64,000 nt of DNA from Nitrospirota bacterium (GCA_963751455.1 CAVVUN010000002.1:512001-576000), one strand, 5' to 3'. Shown: positions 36,600 to 47,283, counted from the first letter of the stretch. Notes: generated by a model not told the origin, from the sequence alone. A program made the numbers and translations.

Positions 36600-37430
36600 C
36601 TAGTCGGTATGCAATTCCAGATACATTCTTAATCGATGCGCCAGAGCCTGGGCGAAGCCGTCCAGTCCGGGAAACAGGCTTTCCCGGTGGATGTTCATTT
36701 TGTGCAGTTCTTTAAGCACCCGCAGTCTTTCATCGAACGTCATTTTGCAGTGGATCTTTATAACGCAATTCGGCTGATAGCATCCGTTCAAGGCCGTCAG
36801 GTTTTCCTCGAACCGGGCAGTCACATCGCCGGTACAGAGAAAAACACCCTGCTGAATATTCAACCGCGAATTGAAAAAAAAAGGGTTTTCCAGATAGACC
36901 ATTTTGAAGGGCTTGTTCGTCATGTAGAGAGGTATGAAGGACGCATCATTTCGTGTTTCATACCTTATTCGCTGCTCATACCGCTCATCGCCGACTATGG
37001 AACGCGCCGCCTTCATCCACCATCTATGGTTCATGCACCAGATCACACTTCTCTCATCGTTGTTCTCGAGAGCAAAATAGAGCGCGATATACGGGGAGTA
37101 TGTCCAGTCCAGGAGGCGTGTAGGCGCGCCGTGATGCTCCATCAGCGCCAGGCAGTACAGCGTATCGTTTATCACGAATCCCCGGTCGGTTCCGTCATAG
37201 CGGCGTCTGAAATTGTCTATGAGTGCTTTTTCGAGTATGGGCGCGTTTGCCAGGGAGATATTTGCCGATTCGCACGCCCGTTCAAGGCTGGTCTTGAGGG
37301 GCCAATCGTTTGACTGGCCGCGGTATATCCAGAAGTCTTCAGAAAGGTGAGAGAGCTTCAAGAAGTCTTCCCAGTTTTGGATTTCTGTGTTAAAGAAATC
37401 ATCCATATCTCGGGCTCCCTCATGGAACAA
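36600..37430 (-). CDS. FRG domain protein
   Basis: WIYRGQS, LMEHHGAPTRLLDWT, RLNIQQGVF, ESLFPGLDG; the start may instead be ATG 37406. Confidence 0.88.
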   Translation of the reverse strand: MFHEGARDMDDFFNTEIQNWEDFLKLSHLSEDFWIYRGQSNDWPLKTSLERACESANISLANAPILEKALIDNFRRRYDGTDRGFVINDTLYCLALMEHHGAPTRLLDWTYSPYIALYFALENNDERSVIWCMNHRWWMKAARSIVGDERYEQRIRYETRNDASFIPLYMTNKPFKMVYLENPFFFNSRLNIQQGVFLCTGDVTARFEENLTALNGCYQPNCVIKIHCKMTFDERLRVLKELHKMNIHRESLFPGLDGFAQALAHRLRMYLELHTD

Positions 37431-37704
37431 TTTATTGAGTCCTCAAAAATACGGAGAGTGCAGGGTAAGGTTAATACCGGACATCATATGATCGCCGAAG
37501 GATGCTGTCCGGTTCGCACAGTTTGATTGTGTATCCCTCTACACTGCAACCACATGGTTACTTTAATTAGTATAACTCGGGTCTTCTCTGGAAGACTTGC
37601 ATGCCGCTGAACAAAAAAGAAAGAAATATGCCACTTTTACGCGGAACAGCCTGCTGCTGTATCGGCCCAGGTTATTATTAATCGGAGATGGCGAGGAAGG
37701 GGAA

Positions 37705-38051
37705 AGAAGACATTACCTTGGGTCTCGAAGTTCGTGAGGCGTTACTGGTTGCTTGCACCGGCAGATGTTTCAGGCTTCCCTCTCCTGTTTTACGAGGGCT
37801 TGCATACCACATCTCGCATAAGGATGCATATATCTGCTGTTGCCTCTGCTTCAAGACCCAAGGTAATCTTGCCTGTTGCGGGTTCGAGTTTCTCGATTTC
37901 ACTCAATTCCGGTGAAATGACCCAGACGGTAGGCGAAAACACCCAGTCCCGAATGCTATTCTTTGTGCTCGGGATAAATACCCGCCCAACTGGATTCATA
38001 GCCAATAGGCGGATCTTCCTCGGTTTCGTGCGACACCAGCGGAACCGAGGG
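37705..38051 (-). ncRNA. Candidate large structured non-coding RNA (unclassified)
   Basis: Six or more consecutive stems including a 19-bp stem (37712-37730/37849-37867); mismatches resolve as G-U pairs on the minus strand. Confidence 0.45.
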
Positions 38052-38465
38052 TAAATAACGATTTGAAAATCTGGATAAAAATTTTGTTCTTGTTCTGAGC
38101 GGAAAAGCCGGACGGTTTAAATAATTTATGAACATCGATACCGAGAAATATTTTGTACGTTGTTCGATCATATTATTGTCCCTCTCTGATGCTTTATAAA
38201 AGCAAACTGCATGCCATGCATCAGCGGGGCTGAAGAAACTTTCAATGGAGATTCTGAACAGAACGCGGGACACCCATACACACGCATTCTTTTGATAAGG
38301 GAACCGACGAGGCAGTCGTATTTTGGGAAGCGAAAGAGTGATGGAGGCTGCCTGGGCCGGAATATTTGAGAGATTCTTCGGTAGTTATTGCGCTTTGTGT
38401 CCTTGCTACAGGGGCAATGTATTAGAAAACAGAAACGCCGTTAAACTAAAGTAGTATCTTGAAGT

Positions 38466-40382
38466 TTATGAGCCGTGGTGCCTGGCATTTTCGAGCATGA
38501 GCTTGGCCAGACTCTTGCCGAAAGCAGCCGGCTCCTTGATTTTGGAGCCTTCCAGCAGAAGAGCCTGATTGTACAGCAGGTCGACGTACTCGTTGATGAG
38601 CGAGTCATTACCCCCCTTTTCAATGAGCCCGTTGAGTACTTCAAACACCTCGTGAGAGGGGTTTAATTCCAGAATCCTCTTAGTCGACAGCACTTCCTGC
38701 CCCATCGACTTCAAAAGCTGTTCCATCTGGGGATCGAGTGCGCCTTCATCGGCAACCAGGCAGCACGCAGAGTCCTTGAGCCTCCCGGAAAGGCGAACGT
38801 CCTTCACATCGTTCTTTAACCGTTCCTTTGCGGCAGCGAGCAGTTTTTCAAATTTTCCCTTTGCCTTCTCTCTGGCGGCGTCGCCCTGGGTGTCGAGCGT
38901 TATGTCTCCCTTGATCACGGATTGCACCTTTTTGCCTTTGTATTCTCCGAGAGAGGACATGATGACGTCGTCGATATCATCGGTCAGGATCAGCACTTCA
39001 TACCCTTTCTCGCGAAACGCCTCGAGATAGGGCGACTGCAGAATGTTGTCGTCAGCCTTTCCGGTCAGGTAATAGATTCCGCTCTGCGCTATGGGCATGT
39101 TCTTCAGATATTCCTGGAGCGTGGTGTATTTCCCCGGATCCGTCTTTGTCGAACGGAACAGCAGGAGGTCAGCAAGCTGCTCCTTGCGTGCAAAATCGTA
39201 ATGGATTCCCTCTTTCAGTATCCTGCCGAATTCGCGATTGAAATCGACATAGGTCTCGTAGGAGTTCTTTTTCATGTCCGCGAGCGTGTCGAGCACTTTT
39301 TTCGTCACGTTCTTGTTGATTACCTCTATATGTTTGTTTGATTGCAGGATCTCGCGTGAGACGTTCAGCGGCAGGTCCGAGGAATCAACCACCCCCTTGA
39401 CGAACCGGAGATACGGCGGGATCAGCTGTTCACAGTGATCCATGATCTGTACTCGTTTAACATACAGGGCAGGCCCGATTTTGAAATCACGGTACAGGAT
39501 CCCGTACGGCGCCTTTGCAGGAATGTACAGGAGCGCCGTGAATTCTGACGTTCCTTCAGCCCGGTAGTGGATGGTCTTCGCGGCGTCGGCAAAATCGTGG
39601 GATATATGCTTGTAGAATTCGTTGTATTCCTCAGGCTTCACCTCTGACTGGTCCCTGAGCCAGATGGCCTTTCCGGCGTTCATTCGTTCTTCTTCAATCG
39701 TCTTTATTTTTTTCGTTTTATCTATCGGGTCTTCTTTTTCCCGTTCCACGTCCATCACGACCGGATGCTCTATATAATCCGAATATTTCACGACGATGGA
39801 CCTGATCTCCCATTCGTTCAGATAATTCTTCTCCTCTGCTTTCAGGTGCAGTATGACATCGGTTCCGGCCCGTTCCTTCCGGGTTTCCTCCACCGTGAAC
39901 GAACCGTCAGCCGTCGATTCCCATTTCACCGCTTTGTCACTCTTTTCCGTTGCCTTTTTGGTCACCACCGTGACCTTATCCGAGACCATGAACGAAGAAT
40001 AGAAGCCGACCCCGAACTGGCCGATCAGTTCAGGACGTTCTTTGAGCGCCTTGTCCTGAAGAGTGCGCAGAAAATCCTTTGTCCCGGAACGTGCGATAGT
40101 CCCGAGCTCTTTTATGACTTCATCCTGGGTCATCCCGATCCCGTTGTCGCTGACCGTTAATGTGCCTGCCTGCTTGTCGACGGTTATCTTTATCTTCCAG
40201 GGGCCCGTGTTCTCAAGGATATCCTTATTCATGAGCGCTTCGTATCGCGCCTTATCTATGGCGTCCGACGCGTTCGAAATAAGCTCTCTCAGGAATATTT
40301 CCTTGTGTGAATACAGGGAATGGATCATCAGGTCGAGCAGCTCTTTTACCTCTGTCTTAAATTCCATTTTTTCGACAGTCAT
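38466..40382 (-). CDS. htpG: Chaperone HtpG (Hsp90)
   Basis: IFLRELISNASDA, DNGIGM, IGQFGVGFYS, DLPLNVSRE. Confidence 0.97.
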   Translation of the reverse strand: MTVEKMEFKTEVKELLDLMIHSLYSHKEIFLRELISNASDAIDKARYEALMNKDILENTGPWKIKITVDKQAGTLTVSDNGIGMTQDEVIKELGTIARSGTKDFLRTLQDKALKERPELIGQFGVGFYSSFMVSDKVTVVTKKATEKSDKAVKWESTADGSFTVEETRKERAGTDVILHLKAEEKNYLNEWEIRSIVVKYSDYIEHPVVMDVEREKEDPIDKTKKIKTIEEERMNAGKAIWLRDQSEVKPEEYNEFYKHISHDFADAAKTIHYRAEGTSEFTALLYIPAKAPYGILYRDFKIGPALYVKRVQIMDHCEQLIPPYLRFVKGVVDSSDLPLNVSREILQSNKHIEVINKNVTKKVLDTLADMKKNSYETYVDFNREFGRILKEGIHYDFARKEQLADLLLFRSTKTDPGKYTTLQEYLKNMPIAQSGIYYLTGKADDNILQSPYLEAFREKGYEVLILTDDIDDVIMSSLGEYKGKKVQSVIKGDITLDTQGDAAREKAKGKFEKLLAAAKERLKNDVKDVRLSGRLKDSACCLVADEGALDPQMEQLLKSMGQEVLSTKRILELNPSHEVFEVLNGLIEKGGNDSLINEYVDLLYNQALLLEGSKIKEPAAFGKSLAKLMLENARHHGS

Positions 40383-40712
40383 TGTTTCACCTCGCAAGGA
40401 TAATAGCAGAATCATCACTGATGGATGCTTTAACGGTATAATTTATACTTATGTAACGGTTCTTTGTCAAGAGGGTTATGGGGCTTGCAACCTTGGTTGA
40501 ATATAGCGAACCGGATGAACAGACCGCGCCATTGCTTAACTTATTTCCCGGTCTATACCCTTCCATGGTAGGGACGGGGGGTAAAGTCCCTGGATACAGC
40601 GCAAGTTGCTGCGGGAAGATTATTAGTGAGTCAACTTTTGATAAAAAAAACCAAACGGCGCGAAAACGCACAAAGAGAGTTTAAATTGGCTATATCGGGA
40701 AAAAACAGTTTT

Positions 40713-40844
40713 GATGATCTCGTAAAAAGTCGTCTCCCCGGTGAAAACCGGGGTCCAGCGGTTATCGAACTTATTGAAAAGACTGGATACCGGCGTTCCC
40801 GGTATGACGAAATTAGGTGTTTTCTGACTTCTTACGAATGCATC
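40713..40844. mobile_element. MITE (132 bp) with an internal REP/RPE-like palindrome
   Basis: Imperfect TIRs GATGATCTCGTAAAAAGTC / GACTTCTTACGAATGCATC (15/19); 6-bp duplication AGTTTT at 40707-40712 and 40845-40850. Confidence 0.7.
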
Positions 40845-40849
40845 AGTTT

Positions 40850-41059
40850 TTAGTCAGGGTATTTAACGGGCATTGTCATGATATAATCATTTTCCTTCCT
40901 GTTTCCAATGGACCTGAGCGCCGGCATATTCACGTACGTTTTCAGGTGCCGGCCGTGCGGCGGGGAGCCGTTGTCGTTCAGAATTTTTCCCGGCCAGAGG
41001 TCCCAGTCAATGTAGGGGCTGTCTTCGGTAATGTATCTCCAGACGTCAGCCGCATTCGG
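40850..41059 (-). pseudogene. Remnant resembling the N-terminal half of cytochrome P460-family proteins
   Basis: Startless frame PNAADVWRYITEDSPYIDWDLWPGK...SPPHGRHLKTYVN; no CxxCH. Confidence 0.45.
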
Positions 41060-41066
41060 TGCAGGC

Positions 41067-41555
41067 CTAAAAAATCAATCCTACGGAAACCGTGGCAAAG
41101 TTCTCTCCGTCATTCGGTCCGTCCCATCGGAATACCAGCTTTCCATTTGAGTAGTGGATCAGGCCAAGGGAGAGCTCCGCCTTGCCGACCGTTACTCCAT
41201 ACGACCCCCGAAAATAGAACTGGAATTCGGTGCCGAGATTGTTCGTAGTTGTGTATACATGACTGATGCCCGCGTTGAAAGTCCAGAAAAACGGTGCAGG
41301 CGCTTTCCAGCGAAGGCCGCGCGCAATACTGACAGCCCTGTTCCTGTTCTGTCCGTCCCATGAAGCATATGTGAACTCATAAAAACTGTCCTGGCCGAAC
41401 AACGCCGAAGTGTCCTTATCGAAGCGCACAAGAGACAGCACTGCTCCTGTCGAGCAGAACCACCCCGGCCCCGCCTCGATGAAAAGCCCATCGGCAGCCA
41501 CGTTCGAAGCGGCAAGACACAAGAATATAGCGACCAGGAACACGCGTAGTTTCAT
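41067..41555 (-). CDS. Lipid A 3-O-deacylase PagL-like beta-barrel (acyloxyacyl hydrolase)
   Basis: Signal peptide, LGTEFQF, HYSNG...PNDGENF, terminal Phe. Confidence 0.75.
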   Translation of the reverse strand: MKLRVFLVAIFLCLAASNVAADGLFIEAGPGWFCSTGAVLSLVRFDKDTSALFGQDSFYEFTYASWDGQNRNRAVSIARGLRWKAPAPFFWTFNAGISHVYTTTNNLGTEFQFYFRGSYGVTVGKAELSLGLIHYSNGKLVFRWDGPNDGENFATVSVGLIF

Positions 41556-41872
41556 GGCTTACCGTGTAAGAAAAGAATGGGGACGTAAGCAGCTGCATGG
41601 TTCTCACAAGCCACAACTCGACAAACTATGGTTGCACTCCAGATCGGGTTCTTTTTTTAGAATAGCACAAGCTGATGTCCGGGGCTCCTTAGGCGCTTAC
41701 GCCTATAACATCGACAAAAGATTGTCGATCTTTAAAAAGAATTTAATGCAAAAACAGGATTATATTGCGCTCGCAAAGGAAGGCCAAATCGCCGGGTTTA
41801 AAACCAGACTTAAAGCTACTTTACGAACCAACATCTTGAGTTTTTAGTCGAGTCAAAACCAAAACCCAATTT

Positions 41873-42098
41873 TCACACAAAGCCACGAAGCCCCAAAGAA
41901 GAAAACTGATTTTTTTGTCTTTCGATTTTTTTGTCTTTCTCCGTGTCTTAGTGGCTTCGTGTGAGATCGTTTTAAGGTTTTACTTTTGCTTTATTGGTCT
42001 GAGGCGTAACCTCATAAAAGTTTTCTTTGCGTTCTTTGCGGCTTTGCGAGAGACGCCTTTTAGATTTTGTCTTTTGGTTCCGGCTTGTCCGGGTTAGG
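41873..42098. repeat. REP-like palindromic / degenerate repeat region
   Basis: TCACACAAAGCCAC / GTGGCTTCGTGTGA inverted repeat, tandem CTTTGCG units, ending GGTTCCGGCTTGTCCGGGTTAGG. Confidence 0.45.
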
Positions 42099-42248
42099 TA
42101 ATCGCCCCGAAATCCCTGAAGCATGCGTTTGCAACACAACTCAATTGAGCACAACAACGATGCCGCCGTGGGGCGGGGCCTGAAAAGGCATTTCATTGGG
42201 GATAGGGTAAAGGTGTATAATAAAAGCGAAGAAAGTGAGGCGTATGCA

Positions 42249-43349
42249 ATGTTTTGGAAAATTATCATCGGATCTATAATTATTCTCCCGGGCATGGCGG
42301 CGCTTGCCGGCTTCGGCTCTACTCCCGCTTTTCAGAAAGCGACGTTCGCCGGCGGTTGTTTCTGGTGCATGGAACCGCCTTTTGAGAAGCTTGAAGGCGT
42401 AAAAGAGGTCGTGTCCGGATATACGGGCGGCCATACGATTAATCCGACGTATGAGCAGGTATCGGCGGGCGGAACAGGCCATCTGGAAGCCATAGAAGTG
42501 ATTTATGATCCCTCAAAGGTGACCTATGAAAGCCTTCTTGACGTCTTCTGGAAACAGGTTGATCCTACGGACACAGGCGGGCAATTTGTCGACCGGGGTC
42601 CATCGTACAAGTCGGCGATTTTTTATCACAACGAGGAGCAGAAGCGGCTTGCCGAAGAATCCAAGATGAAACTCGCCCAGTCGGGTCGCTTCGATAAACC
42701 CATCGTAACCGATATTCGCCCGGCAGAGCCGTTTTACCGGGCAGAGGAATACCATCAGGACTATTGGAAAAAAAACCGCGTCAGATACAAATTCTACCGC
42801 TTCAATTCCGGCCGTGATCAGTTTCTCGAAAACGTCTGGGGTAAAGAGACAGGGGGCGAAAAGGGGGACAACAATACGATGAAACCTTCCAGGGAGGAAT
42901 TGAAAAAAAAGCTGACGGCTTTACAGTATAAGGTGACCCAGGAGAACGGCACAGAGCCGGCCTTCAAGAACGAATACTGGGACAACAAAAAACCCGGTAT
43001 CTATGTGGATATTGTCTCCGGAGAACCGCTGTTCAGTTCTCTGGATAAATACGACTCCGGGACGGGATGGCCGAGTTTCACAAAGCCGCTTGAACCCGAC
43101 AACATCGTCGAGAAAGCGGACCGTAAACTTTTCATTGTCAGAACCGAAGTGAGAAGTAAAAAAGGCGATTCCCATGTCGGGCATGTGTTCAAGGACGGTC
43201 CTGCTCCAACAGGATTGCGCTATTGCCTGAATTCAGCGGCCCTGCGGTTCGTCGCGAGGGAAGACCTGGAAAAAGAGGGATACGGCAAGTACGGAAAGCT
43301 CTTCGAGCAGAAAGATGAGATTTTGAGCCCGCAGTCCAAAGCTTCGTGA
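42249..43349 (+). CDS. msrAB: Exported bifunctional peptide methionine sulfoxide reductase MsrA-MsrB
   Basis: N-terminal signal, [36 protein letters not shown]. Confidence 0.95.
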   Translation: MFWKIIIGSIIILPGMAALAGFGSTPAFQKATFAGGCFWCMEPPFEKLEGVKEVVSGYTGGHTINPTYEQVSAGGTGHLEAIEVIYDPSKVTYESLLDVFWKQVDPTDTGGQFVDRGPSYKSAIFYHNEEQKRLAEESKMKLAQSGRFDKPIVTDIRPAEPFYRAEEYHQDYWKKNRVRYKFYRFNSGRDQFLENVWGKETGGEKGDNNTMKPSREELKKKLTALQYKVTQENGTEPAFKNEYWDNKKPGIYVDIVSGEPLFSSLDKYDSGTGWPSFTKPLEPDNIVEKADRKLFIVRTEVRSKKGDSHVGHVFKDGPAPTGLRYCLNSAALRFVAREDLEKEGYGKYGKLFEQKDEILSPQSKAS

Positions 43350-43370
43350 AAGGCGACTGGGCCAGCGGGT

Positions 43371-44579
43371 CTATTTGTTGTCTTCATCCACGGCTTTCTT
43401 GAGCATATCGAAAATGCCAGGAATTGCAGATGTCATCCTGTTCCAGTTCGGGATAAGGGGAGCACCCATGGGATCGTCGGTGAAGGCTTGAGCCCCGAGC
43501 GTTATTGCCCGGGTAAAGGAATCGACCGCCTTCGCCTCTTCGTGTCGTTCGAACAGCAACCCGTTTATGGCAGCGTCGGCTTCGTATTTCATGATCGTTT
43601 CCTCTGCCATTCTCTGATAGACTACCGATAAGGACTTGAAGAACCCTTCAGAAAAAACGACCCCCTCCGACGCAAGCGTCCGGAACAGCGATTTACAGAT
43701 GTCGATTGTCATCTTCATCAGGCCTTTTGCCGGATCCTCGGCGGACAGGTCCTGATGCTTATGTTCGTAAACGTCTGCGATGTCGACCTGACAGACTCTG
43801 CGCGGAGAGTAATTTCTGTAGACCTCGGCAAGGGAACCGACCTCCAGACCCCAGTCCGAAGGTATCCTGTTTACCCGGGCCATGTCCGTTATCATGCAAA
43901 ACTCTCCGGACAGCGGATACCGGAAACTGTCGAGAAACTGAAGAAACGAATTCTGTCCCGTGAGCTTTTCGAGCGAACGCACAAGGGGAGAAACCAAAAG
44001 CCTGGTTACTCGTCCATAGAGCCGCTCGCCGACCCTGCTGTAATAGCCCTTGCAAAAAATGTAGTCGAGATTCGGGTTGATGACGGGATAGCATAGCCTG
44101 GCAAGGAGCTCGCGGCTGTACGTTACGATATCGCAGTCATGCAGGGCGATTATATCGGCGTGGCCCCTGGCGAGAACATAACCGTAGCCCAGCCATACCG
44201 ATCTCCCTTTGCCGCGGGGACCCGGATCGAGTCCGTTCCGCTTCAGCATATCGTATATTTCCGCGATCCGCTTGCCGTCGTTGTGGATGACTTTGACCTC
44301 GGCGGGGACGGGCGCCATGAACCTGCGGACACCCACAAATTGCTTTTCATCCGCCTTGTCGAGAACGAGAACCACTTCCTTCAGATACTTTACCTTTGTA
44401 AGTTCCTCGATGATCCTGAACATGGCCTTGCTCTGGAACTCCGAATACAACGCGGGCAGCACGAGAGCGACGGGTCTGAACCGGGAAAGCGCGAGCAGCT
44501 CCGACTCGAGCCGTTCCAGCGACGGTGTCCCCAGTTTGTGAAGTGTTGTTATGACTCCGGTCTGGTAAAAATCGCTCAT
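43371..44579 (-). CDS. Glucosyl-3-phosphoglycerate synthase-type glycosyltransferase
   Basis: MSDFYQTG.ITTLH start, GKGRSVW, HDCDI, KGYYSR...GRVTRL, YPLSGEF, HKHQ. Confidence 0.8.
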   Translation of the reverse strand: MSDFYQTGVITTLHKLGTPSLERLESELLALSRFRPVALVLPALYSEFQSKAMFRIIEELTKVKYLKEVVLVLDKADEKQFVGVRRFMAPVPAEVKVIHNDGKRIAEIYDMLKRNGLDPGPRGKGRSVWLGYGYVLARGHADIIALHDCDIVTYSRELLARLCYPVINPNLDYIFCKGYYSRVGERLYGRVTRLLVSPLVRSLEKLTGQNSFLQFLDSFRYPLSGEFCMITDMARVNRIPSDWGLEVGSLAEVYRNYSPRRVCQVDIADVYEHKHQDLSAEDPAKGLMKMTIDICKSLFRTLASEGVVFSEGFFKSLSVVYQRMAEETIMKYEADAAINGLLFERHEEAKAVDSFTRAITLGAQAFTDDPMGAPLIPNWNRMTSAIPGIFDMLKKAVDEDNK

Positions 44580-44769
44580 GGCGCGCTTTCATAGATGTTG
44601 ATTGAATGAGGCTTGCACTACCACTCGTAAGCAGTTATGAACGGCGAGTGTGCTTCACGTGCTCACAATGATACTTTCCGGGACTTTTCCGAATGCATCA
44701 GATATGACCACCTTGAAAATGCCGCCGAGATGATAAGATGCGAAGCAAGGATTTTAAGAATAAAATGTT

Positions 44770-44938
44770 GTAACTATTCAGCTTCTTTTCAGAACAGCAT
44801 TAAGACAAATCTAAGAAAAAGCCCTTCTATCCGCAGATTTCGCAGATTGACGCAGATTCTAAAACCGGAATTCTGGTTTTGTTTTTATCTGCGAAATCTG
44901 CGTAATCTGCGGATAAAAAAAATGACCTGAGTAGTTAC
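44770..44938. mobile_element. MITE copy 2 (169 bp), inverted relative to copy 1
   Basis: TIRs GTAACTATTCAG / CTGAGTAGTTAC; 8-bp duplication AAAATGTT. Confidence 0.88.
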
Positions 44939-44996
44939 AAAATGTTTTACTCAGCGTCTCTGCGGCTCTGCGGTTAAAACCGCTTTTTACAAGGGT

Positions 44997-45812
44997 TCAT
45001 ATATGCTCGATATCATCTTTTTTTTCTTTTTCAGCGTCCTTTTCGGCCGAACTTTTTTCTATTATTCTTCGCGCAGCGTCTATTCCGCCGACTCCGAATG
45101 CAATCGCGAGCGCCAGAACCATGCCTCCGAAGACGATCGAAAACGCCGCAAGCACGATACGGGGCGCTACCTGGAGCTGCTCCAGGGCCATCGCGAGAAT
45201 GAGGACGATCAATGAAACTTTAACGACCTGGGCGAGGAGCCTCGCATACTGGTATCCCCTGTTGACGGTCGCTATCAATACCGCCCTGCCCACAAAACCG
45301 ATCGCGATGAATCCGAAGATCAGTATGATTGCCGCAGACAGAACCCCTGGAATATAGAGAACGAACTGCGCTACCAGGTTGTCGACCGCCGGTATCTTAA
45401 GGGCGCTTAACCCGGCCATAAATGCAATGATCACCAGGAGCCAGTATATGAGCGAACCTAGTGTTTCCGTCGGTTTCGTCCACAGGTCCCCCTTCCTCAT
45501 GAACGAAGTCAATCCCATCCTGTCGCTCCAGCTGTCGAACTCCACGGCCCTGAGCACCCTGACGACGACCGCCTTGAGCACCAGTGCGAGAATGACGCCC
45601 AGCAGGATAACGATCAGCATCGCAAGAAGATTCGGCAGAAATGCCATAACATCGAGGTAGACCTCGTGCAGGGGTTCCAGAATCATATCGAAGAAATTGG
45701 AGCTCCCTGCTGCAACCTGCAGGGAATCTCGATGCTCAAGGGTGAAATATGATCGTATTGGCTCGCTGATCCCGCAGCACGACCCGAGGAACGCGCTCAT
45801 TCCAGAATTCAT
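44997..45812 (-). CDS. CmpX / mechanosensitive-channel TM-helix repeat protein
   Basis: FLPNLLA, YIPGVLSA, LALAIAFGVGG; true start may be near 45686. Confidence 0.78.
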   Translation of the reverse strand: MNSGMSAFLGSCCGISEPIRSYFTLEHRDSLQVAAGSSNFFDMILEPLHEVYLDVMAFLPNLLAMLIVILLGVILALVLKAVVVRVLRAVEFDSWSDRMGLTSFMRKGDLWTKPTETLGSLIYWLLVIIAFMAGLSALKIPAVDNLVAQFVLYIPGVLSAAIILIFGFIAIGFVGRAVLIATVNRGYQYARLLAQVVKVSLIVLILAMALEQLQVAPRIVLAAFSIVFGGMVLALAIAFGVGGIDAARRIIEKSSAEKDAEKEKKDDIEHI

Positions 45813-46026
45813 GGCACACCTCCCTGATCCGGCAAAGCCGCTTACAGCGGCGCAGGCCGGAAATGCATAACGCGGATTGTCCGTTTCAGCTTTAAGACCG
45901 CCGAGCGCTTACCCCGTTAGAGAAAGCGGCCGACTCAAAAACGTCTAGATCCCGGATAAAGCCGGGTATGACGAACAAAAGCGATTAAATATAACTCAAA
46001 TGAGAGTACTTGTTCTCTAACGGGGC

Positions 46027-47283
46027 TTACTTCCAGCCGTTGATCAAATACTCCTTGTTATTTTCAAATTCCAAGCATAGCCGTTCGATCTCGGATTCGG
46101 CTTCGCGCTGGCTCATCTCCTTCGTCTCAATTACGAACGAGGCGGTTTTCCCCAGATAGAGCGGGGCCAGTGACTTCAACAGATGTTCCGCAGAGAGCTT
46201 CTTTTTATGAAATGCCACGGCATAATCGTACACGATCTGCGCCCAAAGCCGGGACGGAAATCGGAAATCCCCGTCCGGCACGGATGCGAGGGCTTCGATC
46301 TGCCCGTAATCGCTCGTGCCTACGACGTCGATCCAGATCTCCCGCAGGTTCTTCAGGCCGTTCCTGAAGATCGCGAGCATTCTTCCGACATCAACCTGTA
46401 CATGCTCCAGTCCAACTTCGTATTGAAAGCCAAAGGTCGGCACGGGTCCGGAACCCCTGGTTTTTTTCCATATATCATGGTAGCTTTCCATGAGTGTAAA
46501 GGCTGATCCGACCACCTGATAAAGCATGGCTCCCAGATCTCCTGGGTCCTTGGGGTCATGGATCTTTGCTCCGAGGAATGACTGCGCGATTTCGAAATTG
46601 TTGGCGAGAGCAGTCGTTGTCATCCAGATATCGATCCCGTACCGCGCAACATCGTCATGCCAGAGGCTCCGTTCGACGTAAAACTTGGCGAGCCTGCCTG
46701 AAAAGCCGAAATCTCCTCCAATCGGCTGCCGCAGCCGCTTTCCATACAGCGCACGGGTAAGGGGATAAACTATGCTGTTCGTTATAGTCCCGTCGTATTT
46801 ATGCCGCTGGTACAGCGGGGCCACATAATCGAAATCCTCAAAGATCACGGGTTTCAAGAGCAGTTCGATCCACTCCGGAGTGATGCTTCTCAGGTCCGAA
46901 TCCACTACGGCGCAGGCTTTGGCATTCAAGGCGTGCGCAATCTCGAATATGGTCCGGAATGCGCTTCCTTTACCGGGCGGGCCCTGGTACGGTGTCGCAA
47001 TCTTGAACGTGGGTTCAACCCGGTGATGCAGGAGGATGGACTGGTAGCTTTCGATCGAAGTATCACGCACCATGTCCATGGTTCCATCGGTTGAGCCGCC
47101 GTCCGAATTAACAAGGACACTCTTCTGCCCGGGAAAGTACTTGGCGAGGCCTGCCTGAACGGCCCTCACGACGTGCGCTATGGTTCGGGCGTTATTGTAG
47201 CTCGGAATGCCGACGACGATGTCGGCGTTCTTTATTTTGCCCAGTTGTTCATGAACTTCTTTTCTGAGGACAACGGTTTCCAT
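46027..47283 (-). CDS. GT2 glycosyltransferase, glucosylglycerate/mannosylglycerate synthase-like
   Basis: GIPSYNN, SDGGSTDGT, GKGSA, VDSDL, RQPIGGDF, YGIDIW. Confidence 0.8.
   Translation of the reverse strand: METVVLRKEVHEQLGKIKNADIVVGIPSYNNARTIAHVVRAVQAGLAKYFPGQKSVLVNSDGGSTDGTMDMVRDTSIESYQSILLHHRVEPTFKIATPYQGPPGKGSAFRTIFEIAHALNAKACAVVDSDLRSITPEWIELLLKPVIFEDFDYVAPLYQRHKYDGTITNSIVYPLTRALYGKRLRQPIGGDFGFSGRLAKFYVERSLWHDDVARYGIDIWMTTTALANNFEIAQSFLGAKIHDPKDPGDLGAMLYQVVGSAFTLMESYHDIWKKTRGSGPVPTFGFQYEVGLEHVQVDVGRMLAIFRNGLKNLREIWIDVVGTSDYGQIEALASVPDGDFRFPSRLWAQIVYDYAVAFHKKKLSAEHLLKSLAPLYLGKTASFVIETKEMSQREAESEIERLCLEFENNKEYLINGWK

Noticed and set aside
37760-37830. Twister ribozyme (minus strand AAGCCC.CGUAAAA..GGAGAGGG)
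   Set aside because: The GUCCC loop and the UAA cleavage strand are missing; kept only as part of the unclassified RNA.
37705-37870. Retron msr-msd suggested by the 19-bp flanking inverted repeat
   Set aside because: No reverse transcriptase gene anywhere in the window.
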